A DNA stretch of 64,000 bases from an archaeon (GCA_018694115.1 JABHNB010000005.1:374-64373); one strand, 5' to 3'. Shown: positions 38,907 to 48,369, counted from the stretch's first letter. Notes: generated by a model not told the origin, from the sequence alone. Translations and numbers: made by a program.

Positions 38907-40367
38907 TCATCCGGTATGGTGTTCAACTCCCTTAACCAAATGCTCTAAATGGTGGATCTCTCTAACAGCTCCCTGCATTGGATGGAATTCTCTAATCATA
39001 TAGTGTGATGAGAACTTCTTAACATTCCTCACCTCATGTAATTTCCCAAGTCCGAACATCGCGACCAATAATCTTCCGATACCAGAGATAGCAAAGATGA
39101 ACAAAATTGGATTCATAAATGAAATATCAATCCATGCCAATATTGATCCAAGGCTTGCTCCAAGGAACATTCCCACTCCTACCGAGAGATTCATATATGC
39201 CAATCCAAAACTTCGCTTAGGTCCACTCACTGCGTCATAAACATAATTATTCGTTGCAAGCATATATCCTGCCCAAGCAAATCCGCTAACAATGGCAGGT
39301 ACAAAGAGAAGATATAATTTAATCCCCAGATCTGATGAGACGAATGCAGAACCAATCCAAAGCAATGGCGTTGTAATAACTAACCAAGAACAGATTGTCA
39401 TAACCTTAATGTTGCCAAATCTATCGGACATCTTCCCCAATAGTGGAAGGAACATAAGCTGAAATGCAGTTCCTGAAATAGTAATTGCCATGTACCAAAC
39501 ATAAGAGAATCCCAAATCCCGGATCATATAAACTACCCAGAATGGTCCGGCAATTGCAATCGCGAAACTAAATGCTCCTCGGAATAAAACAAATCGTCCG
39601 AAGGCAGTTTGTGGGGCACTTTTCAAGAATTGCCAAAGGGAGAAATAATCCTTCTTTCTAACAATTAATCTTGGTTCATATTGTTTTTTCAATAAAGTCA
39701 ATGACATGATTTTTGTCAAGGCAGAAATCGCGAAAAGCAAACCAAATCCGAGAAGAGTAAACCCTATAACATTCCCCATATTGCTCCCAATCTTCTTGGC
39801 ACCGTCTAGGAATATCGCTCCAAGGATCATGGTAAGAATTCCGCAGAATCCGGTTATACGATTCCTCTTAGAGAAATATCTTCCCCGATTATCTTCGGGA
39901 ACTAACGAACCCATCCAAGAAAACCAAGAGGAATGAGCAACTGCTCCTGCAGCATAGAACAAACCAACGAAAACTATCAGGGTCCAAACCATATGGGGTA
40001 CGCCGAGATAAAATAAAAGTCCAGTTAACATAATTGGGATCCAAAGTAAGATCTTCCAAAGAACCCCAGCCCTAACAATTTTCTTTCTAGGAAATTTCTC
40101 AATTAGCTTAGCAGTCTTTAACTGAACGATACTTGGGAGTAGATTGATAATCGCATGTAAAATCCCTACCTGGCTTGCCGTAGCATTCAATGCTAATGCA
40201 AATGGTGAAAGGTATGACAGTCCCAACCCTGAAGATATGGAAGCATAGGACCCTTCACGAATACTTAACTTCAAACTTTTATCAATCTTTTTAGCAACAA
40301 CTGGATGCTCCGCAGTCAACTTCTCTCGATAAGATTCTACACTCTTTTTTTTCTTGGCTCTTGCCAT
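38907..40367 (-). CDS. MFS-type transporter
   Basis: ~12 TM helices in a two-halves arrangement. Confidence 0.55.
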   Translation of the reverse strand: MARAKKKKSVESYREKLTAEHPVVAKKIDKSLKLSIREGSYASISSGLGLSYLSPFALALNATASQVGILHAIINLLPSIVQLKTAKLIEKFPRKKIVRAGVLWKILLWIPIMLTGLLFYLGVPHMVWTLIVFVGLFYAAGAVAHSSWFSWMGSLVPEDNRGRYFSKRNRITGFCGILTMILGAIFLDGAKKIGSNMGNVIGFTLLGFGLLFAISALTKIMSLTLLKKQYEPRLIVRKKDYFSLWQFLKSAPQTAFGRFVLFRGAFSFAIAIAGPFWVVYMIRDLGFSYVWYMAITISGTAFQLMFLPLLGKMSDRFGNIKVMTICSWLVITTPLLWIGSAFVSSDLGIKLYLLFVPAIVSGFAWAGYMLATNNYVYDAVSGPKRSFGLAYMNLSVGVGMFLGASLGSILAWIDISFMNPILFIFAISGIGRLLVAMFGLGKLHEVRNVKKFSSHYMIREFHPMQGAVREIHHLEHLVKGVEHHTG

Positions 40368-40535
40368 ACTACCTCTTCAATAATCTCTCGCAATAGGAAT
40401 ATAAAAATGTAGCGGATTGGGAAAATTGAACAAATGGTACCCTGTTGCCGAATCTTGTGTATCTTGATCTTAGTGTAAAGAATACATATACTCTATCGCC
40501 ATAATCTTTATATAGTGTACATTATACAATAAGTC

Positions 40536-41267
40536 ATGGATGAATTAAAAAGAGTTCGACCAAGAAATAGGATAGCGAGTGCCATTAGTAATTATGTCCG
40601 AGGCTGGACTACATTCGAAATCTCTTGGCTATTAATTTTCACAATTATCAATATCTATTTATTTATCGCCTGGCAAGATAGTTGGATCGGACTAACCGCT
40701 TCCATTACCGGGATGATCTGTGTAGTTCTAACTGCAAAAGCAAGAATAAGTAGCTTTTATTTTGGATTAGTAAACATTCTCGCATATTCTTATGTGGCCT
40801 TCCAAAGCGCATACTATGGGGACGTAATGTTGAATATGCTTTATTTCCTACCTATGACCTTTGTAGGAATATACTATTGGAGAAGAAATAGAAAGGGAAA
40901 TAAAAAAGATGAAATAGTTGTAAAGAGCTTAGATTGGGAAAGGAGAATCATATGGTTCCTAAGTTCAATCGTCATATTGATTGTCTACGGACTAATCTTA
41001 ACAATAATCAAGGGAACCTTGCCATTCATCGATTCGGCCACAACCGTCTTTTCAGTAATAGCAACGATAATGTTGAATAAGAGACTAACAGAACAGTGGT
41101 TCTATTGGATTGCAGTTGATGTCTTAGCAATAATCATGTGGGCATACATATTCATAACAAGTGGCGGAGATGTGAGTATGCTAGTTATGTGGTCGGCATT
41201 CTTAGTTAATGCAGTCTATGGTTACTTCAATTGGAAGAGATTAGAAAGGAAAAACAATGGAAAATAA
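40536..41267 (+). CDS. pnuC: nicotinamide riboside transporter PnuC
   Basis: ~240 aa, 7-8 TM, W-rich N-terminal helix pattern. Immediately upstream of, and overlapping, nadR. Confidence 0.55.
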   Translation: MDELKRVRPRNRIASAISNYVRGWTTFEISWLLIFTIINIYLFIAWQDSWIGLTASITGMICVVLTAKARISSFYFGLVNILAYSYVAFQSAYYGDVMLNMLYFLPMTFVGIYYWRRNRKGNKKDEIVVKSLDWERRIIWFLSSIVILIVYGLILTIIKGTLPFIDSATTVFSVIATIMLNKRLTEQWFYWIAVDVLAIIMWAYIFITSGGDVSMLVMWSAFLVNAVYGYFNWKRLERKNNGK

Positions 41268-42294
41268 GAAAACCGTCGGTTTCATTGGCGGAAAATTTCT
41301 TCCACTACACCAAGGACATATCTATGTGATCATTGCCGCATCTAATTATGTTGATGAATTATATGTGGTTGTTTCTTCTTCGAAAAACAGAGACCGAGAA
41401 TTATGTGATCGTGAAGGGATAAAATACATTCCTGCAGAGAATCGACTTTCTTGGCTTGGGGAGGCATTGAATAATTTGGAAAACATAAAAATAATTCATA
41501 TCGAGGACGATCAGTGGGAGGATAATTACGATTGGGGCCGGGGTGCGGAGATGATCAAGGAAGCAATCGGAAAACCAATTGATTTTGTTTTCAGTTCTGA
41601 AACCGGGTATGGGGAGTTATTCAAAAAATATTATCCTGATTCAAAACATATTGTTGTGGATGACGAAAGAAAAACAGTAACAACTTCTGCCACAGAACTC
41701 AGAAAAAATCTTTATGACAATTGGGACAAATTACCAAACTGTGTCCGATCACACTTTACAAAGAAAGTTGCAATTGTTGGAACCGAAAGTTGTGGAAAAT
41801 CAACCCTTGCAAAAAAACTTGCGAAGTTTTACAATACTGAATTTGTACATGAAGTTGGAAGAGAATATTGTGAGAAGTTTTCAAATCTTCTAACGCGGGA
41901 AATGTTTGATCAGATTGCTATGGAGCATTCCCTCCTACAATTAAAAAAAGCAGAGACTAGCAATAAAGTTTTGTTTGTAGATAGCGAAGCCACAATAACT
42001 CAATATTATCTGGAGATGTATCTTCCGGGAGAGAGGTCAAAACTAATAGAAGAAATAATTGCATTACAAAATTACGATCTAGTTATTTTTCTTGAGCCAG
42101 ACGTAAAATGGGTTGAAGATGGATTCAGATTCGCAGGAGAAGATGCTCAGAGAATAAAAAACAATGAAAAATTAAAACAGATGTTTCAGGAACGCTGTAT
42201 AAACTTCATTAGCGTTGATGGGAACTACGATGAGAGATTCAATAAATCAAGAGAACTGGTTGACAACCTTTTCAAAAAGGAGAATTTAGAATGA
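41257..42294 (+). CDS. nadR: bifunctional NMN adenylyltransferase / ribosylnicotinamide kinase NadR-like
   Basis: N-terminal cytidylyltransferase motif GGKFLPLHQGHIYVI. C-terminal AAA_28 kinase with Walker A GTESCGKST. Confidence 0.7.
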   Translation: MENKKTVGFIGGKFLPLHQGHIYVIIAASNYVDELYVVVSSSKNRDRELCDREGIKYIPAENRLSWLGEALNNLENIKIIHIEDDQWEDNYDWGRGAEMIKEAIGKPIDFVFSSETGYGELFKKYYPDSKHIVVDDERKTVTTSATELRKNLYDNWDKLPNCVRSHFTKKVAIVGTESCGKSTLAKKLAKFYNTEFVHEVGREYCEKFSNLLTREMFDQIAMEHSLLQLKKAETSNKVLFVDSEATITQYYLEMYLPGERSKLIEEIIALQNYDLVIFLEPDVKWVEDGFRFAGEDAQRIKNNEKLKQMFQERCINFISVDGNYDERFNKSRELVDNLFKKENLE

Positions 42295-43139
42295 TATTAG
42301 AACTAGCAGTCGGAGATGCCTATGGGGCTGGGTTAGAGTACGTTAACAAAGTTCTTGTAAATAAGCTCAATAACCTACAAAGTTATCATCAACATCCAAA
42401 TCACCCAATTGGTGGTGGAAAATACACTGATGATACTCAGATGAGCTTAGCCATAGCCGAACTTCTTGTTGAAGGAACTGAATGGACTCCGCTAAACCTT
42501 GCTAATAAATTTGTTGAAGTTTTCAAAAGAGATCCAAGGCCAGGATATGCTGGCGGATTTTACAAATTTCTACAAGAAGTAGAAACTGGAGAAGAGTTCT
42601 TACAAAAGATTCGTCCTGAAAGCGATAAGAGCGGAGCTGCAATGCGTGCTGGACCTCTAGGCTTTCTTCCAAATATCAAAAAGGTAATAAAATATTCAAC
42701 AATCCAGGCCAGGATAACTCATGATACTCCTCTTGGAATAAATGCTGCAGTTGCGAGTGCTTTAATGCCCTACTATTTTATCAATAATCTAGGAACTAAA
42801 GAAAATTTAGGGAAGTTCATCGAAAATCATGTAGAAGGAAATTGGAATATGCCCTGGACTGGCGAGGTCGGAGAAAAAGGGTATATGTCTGTAAGGGCTG
42901 CAATCACCGCAATCGCCGAAGAAGATTCTCTCTCAAAAATTCTGAAAAGATCGGTAGATTTCGGAGGAGATATCGATACCGTTGCAACAATTGCTATGGC
43001 TGCCGCCGCATGCTCCTCTGAGATCAAACAAGATTTACCCAAAGAACTAATTGAAAATTTAGAAAACGGGACCTATGGAAGAGATTATCTTATTGATTTA
43101 GATAATAAATTAAAAAGAAAGTTTAGAAAAAATGAATGA
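42291..43139 (+). CDS. ADP-ribosylglycohydrolase family protein (DraG/ARH-like)
   Basis: LAVGDAYGAGLEY N-terminal signature. YTDDTQMSLA and C-terminal GGDIDTVATIAMAAAA di-metal ligand motifs. Confidence 0.65.
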   Translation: MILELAVGDAYGAGLEYVNKVLVNKLNNLQSYHQHPNHPIGGGKYTDDTQMSLAIAELLVEGTEWTPLNLANKFVEVFKRDPRPGYAGGFYKFLQEVETGEEFLQKIRPESDKSGAAMRAGPLGFLPNIKKVIKYSTIQARITHDTPLGINAAVASALMPYYFINNLGTKENLGKFIENHVEGNWNMPWTGEVGEKGYMSVRAAITAIAEEDSLSKILKRSVDFGGDIDTVATIAMAAAACSSEIKQDLPKELIENLENGTYGRDYLIDLDNKLKRKFRKNE

Positions 43140-43539
43140 ACTAAGAATCGGTGTTGTAGGATCAGAAGAGAATTTCGATGAAGCAGAAGCTCAAGAAATG
43201 ATTTTAGAAGCATTTGATAAATTAGATCTCCAATGCCCTACAAAAACAAAAATAATCGTTTCTGGATTAACTGACAGGGGAATAAAGGCAATAGCTTATC
43301 GAGAAGCAACAAAAAGAAATTGGGGAACTATGGGCATTGCCTGTTCAAGAGCAAGAGAATACGATTGTTTTCCTGTGGATGAAAAAATAATTGAAGGCAA
43401 TGAATGGGGGGATGAGAGCTCAACATTTCTGGACAACATTGAAGTCCTAATTAGGATCGGAGGAGGGAACCAATCCTTCCGGGAAACTGCTGAAGCAAAA
43501 GCAAGAGGAAAGCAAGTTATGGAGGGAGACTTATCATGA
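43132..43539 (+). CDS. small Rossmann-like SLOG/DprA-LOG-superfamily protein (tentative)
   Basis: IGVVGS..., IVSGLTDRGIKAIAYREA and a C-terminal IGGGNQSFRETAE resembling the LOG/DprA PGGxGTxxE motif. Only 135 aa. Confidence 0.3.
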   Translation: MNELRIGVVGSEENFDEAEAQEMILEAFDKLDLQCPTKTKIIVSGLTDRGIKAIAYREATKRNWGTMGIACSRAREYDCFPVDEKIIEGNEWGDESSTFLDNIEVLIRIGGGNQSFRETAEAKARGKQVMEGDLS

Positions 43540-43985
43540 AATACATTGAAGCTCCAGAGATATATGGTGGAAAAGATAAAAGCTTATTCCTGGCTGGAGG
43601 AATCTCGAACTGTCCAAACTGGCAAGAAGAATTGGCAAATCATCTTAACAACGAAGATCTAGTTTTGCTTAACCCCCGAAGAGCGAATTTCCCGATAAAC
43701 GATTCCTCTGCTGCAGAAAAACAAATCCAATGGGAATTCAATCATCTTAGGAAAGCAACGGCAGTTTCATTCTGGTTTCCAAAAGAAACCCTTTGTCCAA
43801 TAGTTCTGTGTGAGTTGGGGGCTTGGTCTATGACTGACAAACCATTGTTTATCGGAATCGATCCAGAGTACCCGAGAAAGCAAGATGTCGAGATTCAAAC
43901 AAAACTGGCTAGGCCGGATATAAAAATAGTCTATGATCTAAAATCTCTCTCCGAGCAAATAAGGGGCTGGGCGAATAAAGAATAA
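43536..43985 (+). CDS. nucleoside 2-deoxyribosyltransferase (NDT)-like protein, paralog 2
   Basis: FLAGGISN, FWFP and VLCELGAWS (ELG) motifs. Same motif order as 19281..19796. Confidence 0.5.
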   Translation: MKYIEAPEIYGGKDKSLFLAGGISNCPNWQEELANHLNNEDLVLLNPRRANFPINDSSAAEKQIQWEFNHLRKATAVSFWFPKETLCPIVLCELGAWSMTDKPLFIGIDPEYPRKQDVEIQTKLARPDIKIVYDLKSLSEQIRGWANKE

Positions 43986-44038
43986 ATCCTTCCAACTTTC
44001 ATCGTTAATTTTATTAACCTACCTTCTTTCATCAATTA

Positions 44039-45442
44039 ATGGCAAAAAAGTACTATGTCACGACGCCGATATATTATCCAAATGACATCCCCCATATCGG
44101 GCATGCTTACACAACTATAGCGGCAGATGTAATCGCGAGATGGCAAAAGCTTCAAGGAAAAGAAGTATTTTTTCTAACTGGAACAGATGATCATGGAAAG
44201 AAAATTGCACAAGCAGCAGAAAAGGCAAAACTATCTCCAAAAGAATTCACAGACCAATTAATCCCAAAGTTTAAGGATGCATGGAAGAAGCTTAATATTC
44301 AATACGATCGATTCATCAGAACAACAGATCCTGATCATGAAAAAATAGTCCAAGAAATTTTACAGAAAGTCTTTGATAATGGTGATATCTACAAGGGCGA
44401 ATACGAAGGTCTATACTGTACTGGTTGTGAGGCATATTACACTGAGAAAGATCTTGAAGATGGTTGTTGTCCAATTCATAAAACCAAAATAGAAAAACTA
44501 AAAGAAGAAACATATTTTTTCAAGTTATCAAAATATCAGAAACCTCTTCTTGATCTCTACAAAAAAAATCCCACTTTTATTTCCCCAAAGCATAGAAAAC
44601 AAGAGATTATTAATCGTGTTAAGGAAGGTCTGAAGGATTTATCAGTCTCACGAGCAGGTTTTGACTGGGGAGTTCCACTACCTTTTGACAAGGATCACGT
44701 TAGTTATGTCTGGTTTGATGCATTATTCAACTATTATTCCGCAACAAGAGAAAAATCAAAACAAAAGTTCTGGCCAGCAGATGTGCATTTAATCGGAAAA
44801 GATATTCTCTGGTTCCACACAGTTTACTGGCCTGCATTCCTTCTTTCAGCAGGAATAGATATTCCAAAAACAGTTTTTGCTCATGGTTGGTGGACATTTA
44901 ATAACGAAAAAATCTCAAAGTCCCGGGGAAAGGTAATCAATGTTGATGAACTTATTGCAATCGCCGGAGTGGACTCCGCAAGATATTTCTTATTGAGGGA
45001 AGCTTCGTTTGGAGAAGACGGAGATTTTTCAGAAGATGCTCTAATCGAAAGACACAACAACGAACTCGCGAATAAACTTGGAAATCTGGTCTCAAGGACA
45101 AGCGCCTTAGCAGAAAAGTATGGAATAACAAAGACAGATAAAAAACTCTTGAAAAAATTGAAATTAAAAGAGATCGAAAAAAATCTCGAGGAATTCAGAA
45201 CCGACAAAGCACTTAATGAGATCTTTGCATTTATCGATGTCTGCAATGAATACATTCAGGACAAAAAACCTTGGGAAACAAAAGACAAAAAGGTTCTCAA
45301 TGAGCTCGTCGAAGCAATAAGGGAGATAGCAAGACTCCTTTCTCCGTTCATTCCAGAGTCTGCAGAAAAGATATCCGAAATATTCAAATCCGATAATATT
45401 AAAAAAGCTCCAATATTATTTCAAAAGGTTGAGGACAAGTAA
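44039..45442 (+). CDS. metG: methionyl-tRNA synthetase, catalytic core (no appended C-terminal tRNA-binding domain)
   Basis: PHIGHAYT (HIGH) and KISKS motifs. Zn knuckle CTGCEAYY...CCPIH. Confidence 0.8.
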   Translation: MAKKYYVTTPIYYPNDIPHIGHAYTTIAADVIARWQKLQGKEVFFLTGTDDHGKKIAQAAEKAKLSPKEFTDQLIPKFKDAWKKLNIQYDRFIRTTDPDHEKIVQEILQKVFDNGDIYKGEYEGLYCTGCEAYYTEKDLEDGCCPIHKTKIEKLKEETYFFKLSKYQKPLLDLYKKNPTFISPKHRKQEIINRVKEGLKDLSVSRAGFDWGVPLPFDKDHVSYVWFDALFNYYSATREKSKQKFWPADVHLIGKDILWFHTVYWPAFLLSAGIDIPKTVFAHGWWTFNNEKISKSRGKVINVDELIAIAGVDSARYFLLREASFGEDGDFSEDALIERHNNELANKLGNLVSRTSALAEKYGITKTDKKLLKKLKLKEIEKNLEEFRTDKALNEIFAFIDVCNEYIQDKKPWETKDKKVLNELVEAIREIARLLSPFIPESAEKISEIFKSDNIKKAPILFQKVEDK

Positions 45443-45443
45443 A

Positions 45444-45707
45444 ATGACACGTATGACAAAATATAGGAAGCAGATAGATAAGATAAACAACAAAATCTTA
45501 AAGCTTTTATCAAAAAGAATGAAAGTTTCTGAGAAAATTGGAGAGTGTAAGAAAGTAAGAAATGCCCCAATAAGGGATGAAAAAAGAGAAAAGGAATTAC
45601 TCAACATGATCTCAAAACAAGCCAAGAAACACAAACTAGATGAAAAGTTTATAGAAGATGTTTTCCAGATAATTCTAAGTGAATCCCGGAGGAAACAAGA
45701 AAAATAA
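45444..45707 (+). CDS. aroQ: chorismate mutase, AroQ class (monofunctional, ~88 aa)
   Basis: RKQIDKINNKILKLLSKRMKVSEKIGECK...APIRDEKREKELL is nearly collinear with archaeal AroQ chorismate mutases. The track start at 45429 is a TTG; the ATG at 45444 is more likely. Confidence 0.6.
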   Translation: MTRMTKYRKQIDKINNKILKLLSKRMKVSEKIGECKKVRNAPIRDEKREKELLNMISKQAKKHKLDEKFIEDVFQIILSESRRKQEK

Positions 45708-45708
45708 A

Positions 45709-46047
45709 ATGGCAGAAGGAATAATTGAATATGGCGATTTTGAAAAAATGGATTTAAGAGTCGCAGAAGTAGAAAATGTCGAAGAGATTGAGGGTGCAGA
45801 CAAGCTTTACAAATTAACAGTCAGCATCGGAGAAGAAGTAAGAACAATCTGTGCAGGAATAAAAGAACATTATAGCAGAGAAGATCTCAAGGGTAAAAAG
45901 ATAATCGTTCTAACAAACCTTGCTCCAAGAACTCTTAGGGGAGTAGAATCTCAAGGAATGCTTCTTGCAGCATCAAACAAAGACCATTCAAAAATTTCCT
46001 TAATTTCCCCCGACCAAGATATGGATCCTGGCGATAGTGTTAGTTAA
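45709..46047 (+). CDS. stand-alone tRNA-binding domain protein (Trbp111/EMAP-II-like; usual MetRS C-terminal module)
   Basis: DLRVAEVENVEEIEGADKLYKLTVSIGEE...VLTNLAPRTLRGVESQGMLLAA is the classic OB-fold tRNA-binding domain. Internal start MAEGII. Confidence 0.65.
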   Translation: MAEGIIEYGDFEKMDLRVAEVENVEEIEGADKLYKLTVSIGEEVRTICAGIKEHYSREDLKGKKIIVLTNLAPRTLRGVESQGMLLAASNKDHSKISLISPDQDMDPGDSVS

Positions 46048-46085
46048 AAAATATTAATCTCAAGCTAAATAATTTGACCAAAGAT

Positions 46086-46835
46086 TTATCCAAATAATCT
46101 TCCCCAGAATCCTCTATTCTCTTCAATCTTCTCTCCAAGAACTTTTCTCGCAATCTCATGATACTTCCTAGAAACTCTACTTCGTGGATGTGTATGGACA
46201 ACTGCATCTCTTTTTGTTAAGGCTTCCTTAACTGCCTTATCTTCAGGGATAACCCCGATAATTTGAGCTTCAAGCATTGATTTTATTGAGGATAATGGCA
46301 TTTCATATTTTGCATTCCTATGTCTTGTAACAACAACTCCCCTAATCTCTTTTCCCATTCCCCTAGCAACCTTTACTGCCTTTAGGGCATCTGTAACTGC
46401 AGGCATCTCTGGATTAGTCACAATAATTATTTCTTCAGAGGCTTCGAGGGCAGCCATAACTTCTTCACCAAATCCTGCGGCAGAATCAATAATAACAAAA
46501 TCACACATTCCAGATAACTTTCTTGCAATTTCTGGAATCTTCTTAGTATTAAATTTTGTTAATTCCTTGACGGACAAAGAAGACGGGACAATTTTGGTTC
46601 CCGAAGAATGCTCATATATTGCATCCTCAATATCTGCCTTCCCCTTTAGAACATGGTTCAATGTAATCGGAACTATCGGAGCTCCCAACTGTAAACCAAT
46701 ATTTGGAGTATTTAGATTTGCATCGACGATAATAACTTCTTTATCCAACTTGTTTAATGAAGCTCCAAGATTGATCGCAGTGGTAGTTTTACCGACGCCA
46801 CCTTTCCCCGAGTTGATTACAATTATTCGTGCCAT
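46086..46835 (-). CDS. minD: MinD/ParA-family P-loop ATPase
   Basis: Deviant Walker A SGKGGVGKTT. Size and pattern are MinD-like. Confidence 0.75.
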   Translation of the reverse strand: MARIIVINSGKGGVGKTTTAINLGASLNKLDKEVIIVDANLNTPNIGLQLGAPIVPITLNHVLKGKADIEDAIYEHSSGTKIVPSSLSVKELTKFNTKKIPEIARKLSGMCDFVIIDSAAGFGEEVMAALEASEEIIIVTNPEMPAVTDALKAVKVARGMGKEIRGVVVTRHRNAKYEMPLSSIKSMLEAQIIGVIPEDKAVKEALTKRDAVVHTHPRSRVSRKYHEIARKVLGEKIEENRGFWGRLFG

Positions 46836-46869
46836 AGTTCCTTTATCAAAATAATTGCTTTTATAAATC

Positions 46870-47421
46870 TTACTTAGAAAGAATCTTCTTAACTTCGCTT
46901 ACAAATTTCTCAACAATCTCGGCATATTCGCCTAATTTTTCCATATTGATCTCTGTAACTCTCCTTGGTTCCATGACCTTAAGATTAACATTTTTTCTAA
47001 ATTCCCCTTCTCTAGTTTTATTTAAATCAGGAACTCTTTTGAAAAAGATATAAAGTGGGACCACGGACTGGATTTCATCAGATTTTTTAAAGTATTTTTT
47101 TATAAATTCGATTCGCTGCTTAGGGCTTTCGGGGGTATTGGGCACCTTACCATTCTCAATCGCCTCTTCCAATATGGTGTCAAAACTAAGTTCAATTAAA
47201 CTCTTCCACCGTGCCAACAAGTTCAAAATTACGTCGCAAGTCTTAGTATACTTAAGGCTGACGTACAACAGGTGGTCGGCACTAGTCTTCTCCTTAATAA
47301 TTTCTTCAATCATTTTCAAAAGATTAGTAATAATCTTTAGAAGAAACGATTTGTACCTTTTTATATGTTTCTTAGTCGGACGAAATCCGAAATTTTGAGA
47401 GGGCAATCTTGGTTGAATCAA
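46870..47421 (-). CDS. hypothetical protein
   Basis: No motif. The track N-terminus overlaps the upstream gene; the internal Met (MIEEII, ~47313) is a plausible start. Confidence 0.3.
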   Translation of the reverse strand: MIQPRLPSQNFGFRPTKKHIKRYKSFLLKIITNLLKMIEEIIKEKTSADHLLYVSLKYTKTCDVILNLLARWKSLIELSFDTILEEAIENGKVPNTPESPKQRIEFIKKYFKKSDEIQSVVPLYIFFKRVPDLNKTREGEFRKNVNLKVMEPRRVTEINMEKLGEYAEIVEKFVSEVKKILSK

Positions 47422-47827
47422 GTAAATTACCCATACTTTTCCCTGTCAATATTTTATATTCCCCTTCAATCAAAAAAAGGATCTTATTATCTCTGGAAAA
47501 TTCAATTGGGGATTTTTTACGTGCCCTTGCAAGTTCAAAAACCTTCAAAAGATCTTTTACCAAATCTTCTCCCAGATACTTAATTCCAATTTTTTTAGAA
47601 AAAACTCCCAAATTTCTCGCAGGATGTTTTGAAACTTTAAATCTTCCAAGCACTGCTTCCCGAATCAAAAAAGCGTCAACAAGGTTTGAAACAGATTCTG
47701 CCAATTCTCTGATAACTCCTACAAGAAATCGTTTATTCCCCGATTTAGAAAATTCATCAAACATCCTTTCTGCCACAGACAAATGATATTTAGACCATAT
47801 TAAATTCTCATCCCAATGATTCACCAT
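47372..47827 (-). CDS. hypothetical protein
   Basis: 151-aa ORF with no motif. Confidence 0.3.
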   Translation of the reverse strand: MVNHWDENLIWSKYHLSVAERMFDEFSKSGNKRFLVGVIRELAESVSNLVDAFLIREAVLGRFKVSKHPARNLGVFSKKIGIKYLGEDLVKDLLKVFELARARKKSPIEFSRDNKILFLIEGEYKILTGKSMGNLLDSTKIALSKFRISSD

Positions 47828-47874
47828 AATTCTCCATCGAACAAGACTTTTTATTGATTATTGTGTTCTAAAAC

Positions 47875-48201
47875 TCAAGAAAGCTTCATAATCGCCTCTG
47901 CGATATCCCCATCACACTCTTCGAGAGCCACTCTGACCTCTTCTTCATCCTTACCTGTCTTTTCCTTAACCATATCGACATCAGCGTCAGAAACGCCCCC
48001 AGAGCTCTCCTCACGTGCTTCACCAGCGACCTGGTAGGTTTCCTGTCCTTGCATCATAATTTTAACAACGGAAGGCTCATCAATCACCACATTTCCATCT
48101 TCCATTTCAAAAATAACTCGGTGAACGTTCATCTGTGTCTGGGAAATTCCCATCTTTTTCATCATGCCCTGCATTTTCTTAGGGTTCATTCCGCCAAACA
48201 T
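47875..48201 (-). CDS. nac: nascent polypeptide-associated complex alpha subunit (NAC domain + UBA)
   Basis: NAC domain (VHRVIFEMEDGNVVIDEPSVVKIMMQGQETYQV). C-terminal UBA-like (VRVALEECDGDIAEAIMKL). Confidence 0.75.
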   Translation of the reverse strand: MFGGMNPKKMQGMMKKMGISQTQMNVHRVIFEMEDGNVVIDEPSVVKIMMQGQETYQVAGEAREESSGGVSDADVDMVKEKTGKDEEEVRVALEECDGDIAEAIMKLS

Positions 48202-48202
48202 C

Positions 48203-48352
48203 TTAGTAAATAAACCTCAATCCAACGACAAAGGCGATGACGGCAACAATCATTGCAATAACAACGCCCGGTCCAAACTTTAACTTAGAATTATATTCTT
48301 CCTTATACCGCATTAGGCCTCCGCCCATTCCGGGTATTCCAATATCTGCCAT
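48203..48352 (-). CDS. Sec61-beta / SecG-like translocon subunit (49 aa), not in ORF track
   Basis: Reverse-strand ORF MADIGIPGMGGGLMRYKEEYNSKLKFGPGVVIAMIVAVIAFVVGLRFIY. The GLMRY.EE motif followed by a single C-terminal TM helix is the archaeal Sec61beta signature. Coordinates +/-2. Confidence 0.5.
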   Translation of the reverse strand: MADIGIPGMGGGLMRYKEEYNSKLKFGPGVVIAMIVAVIAFVVGLRFIY

Positions 48353-48369
48353 ACTAACAATTAAAGAAT

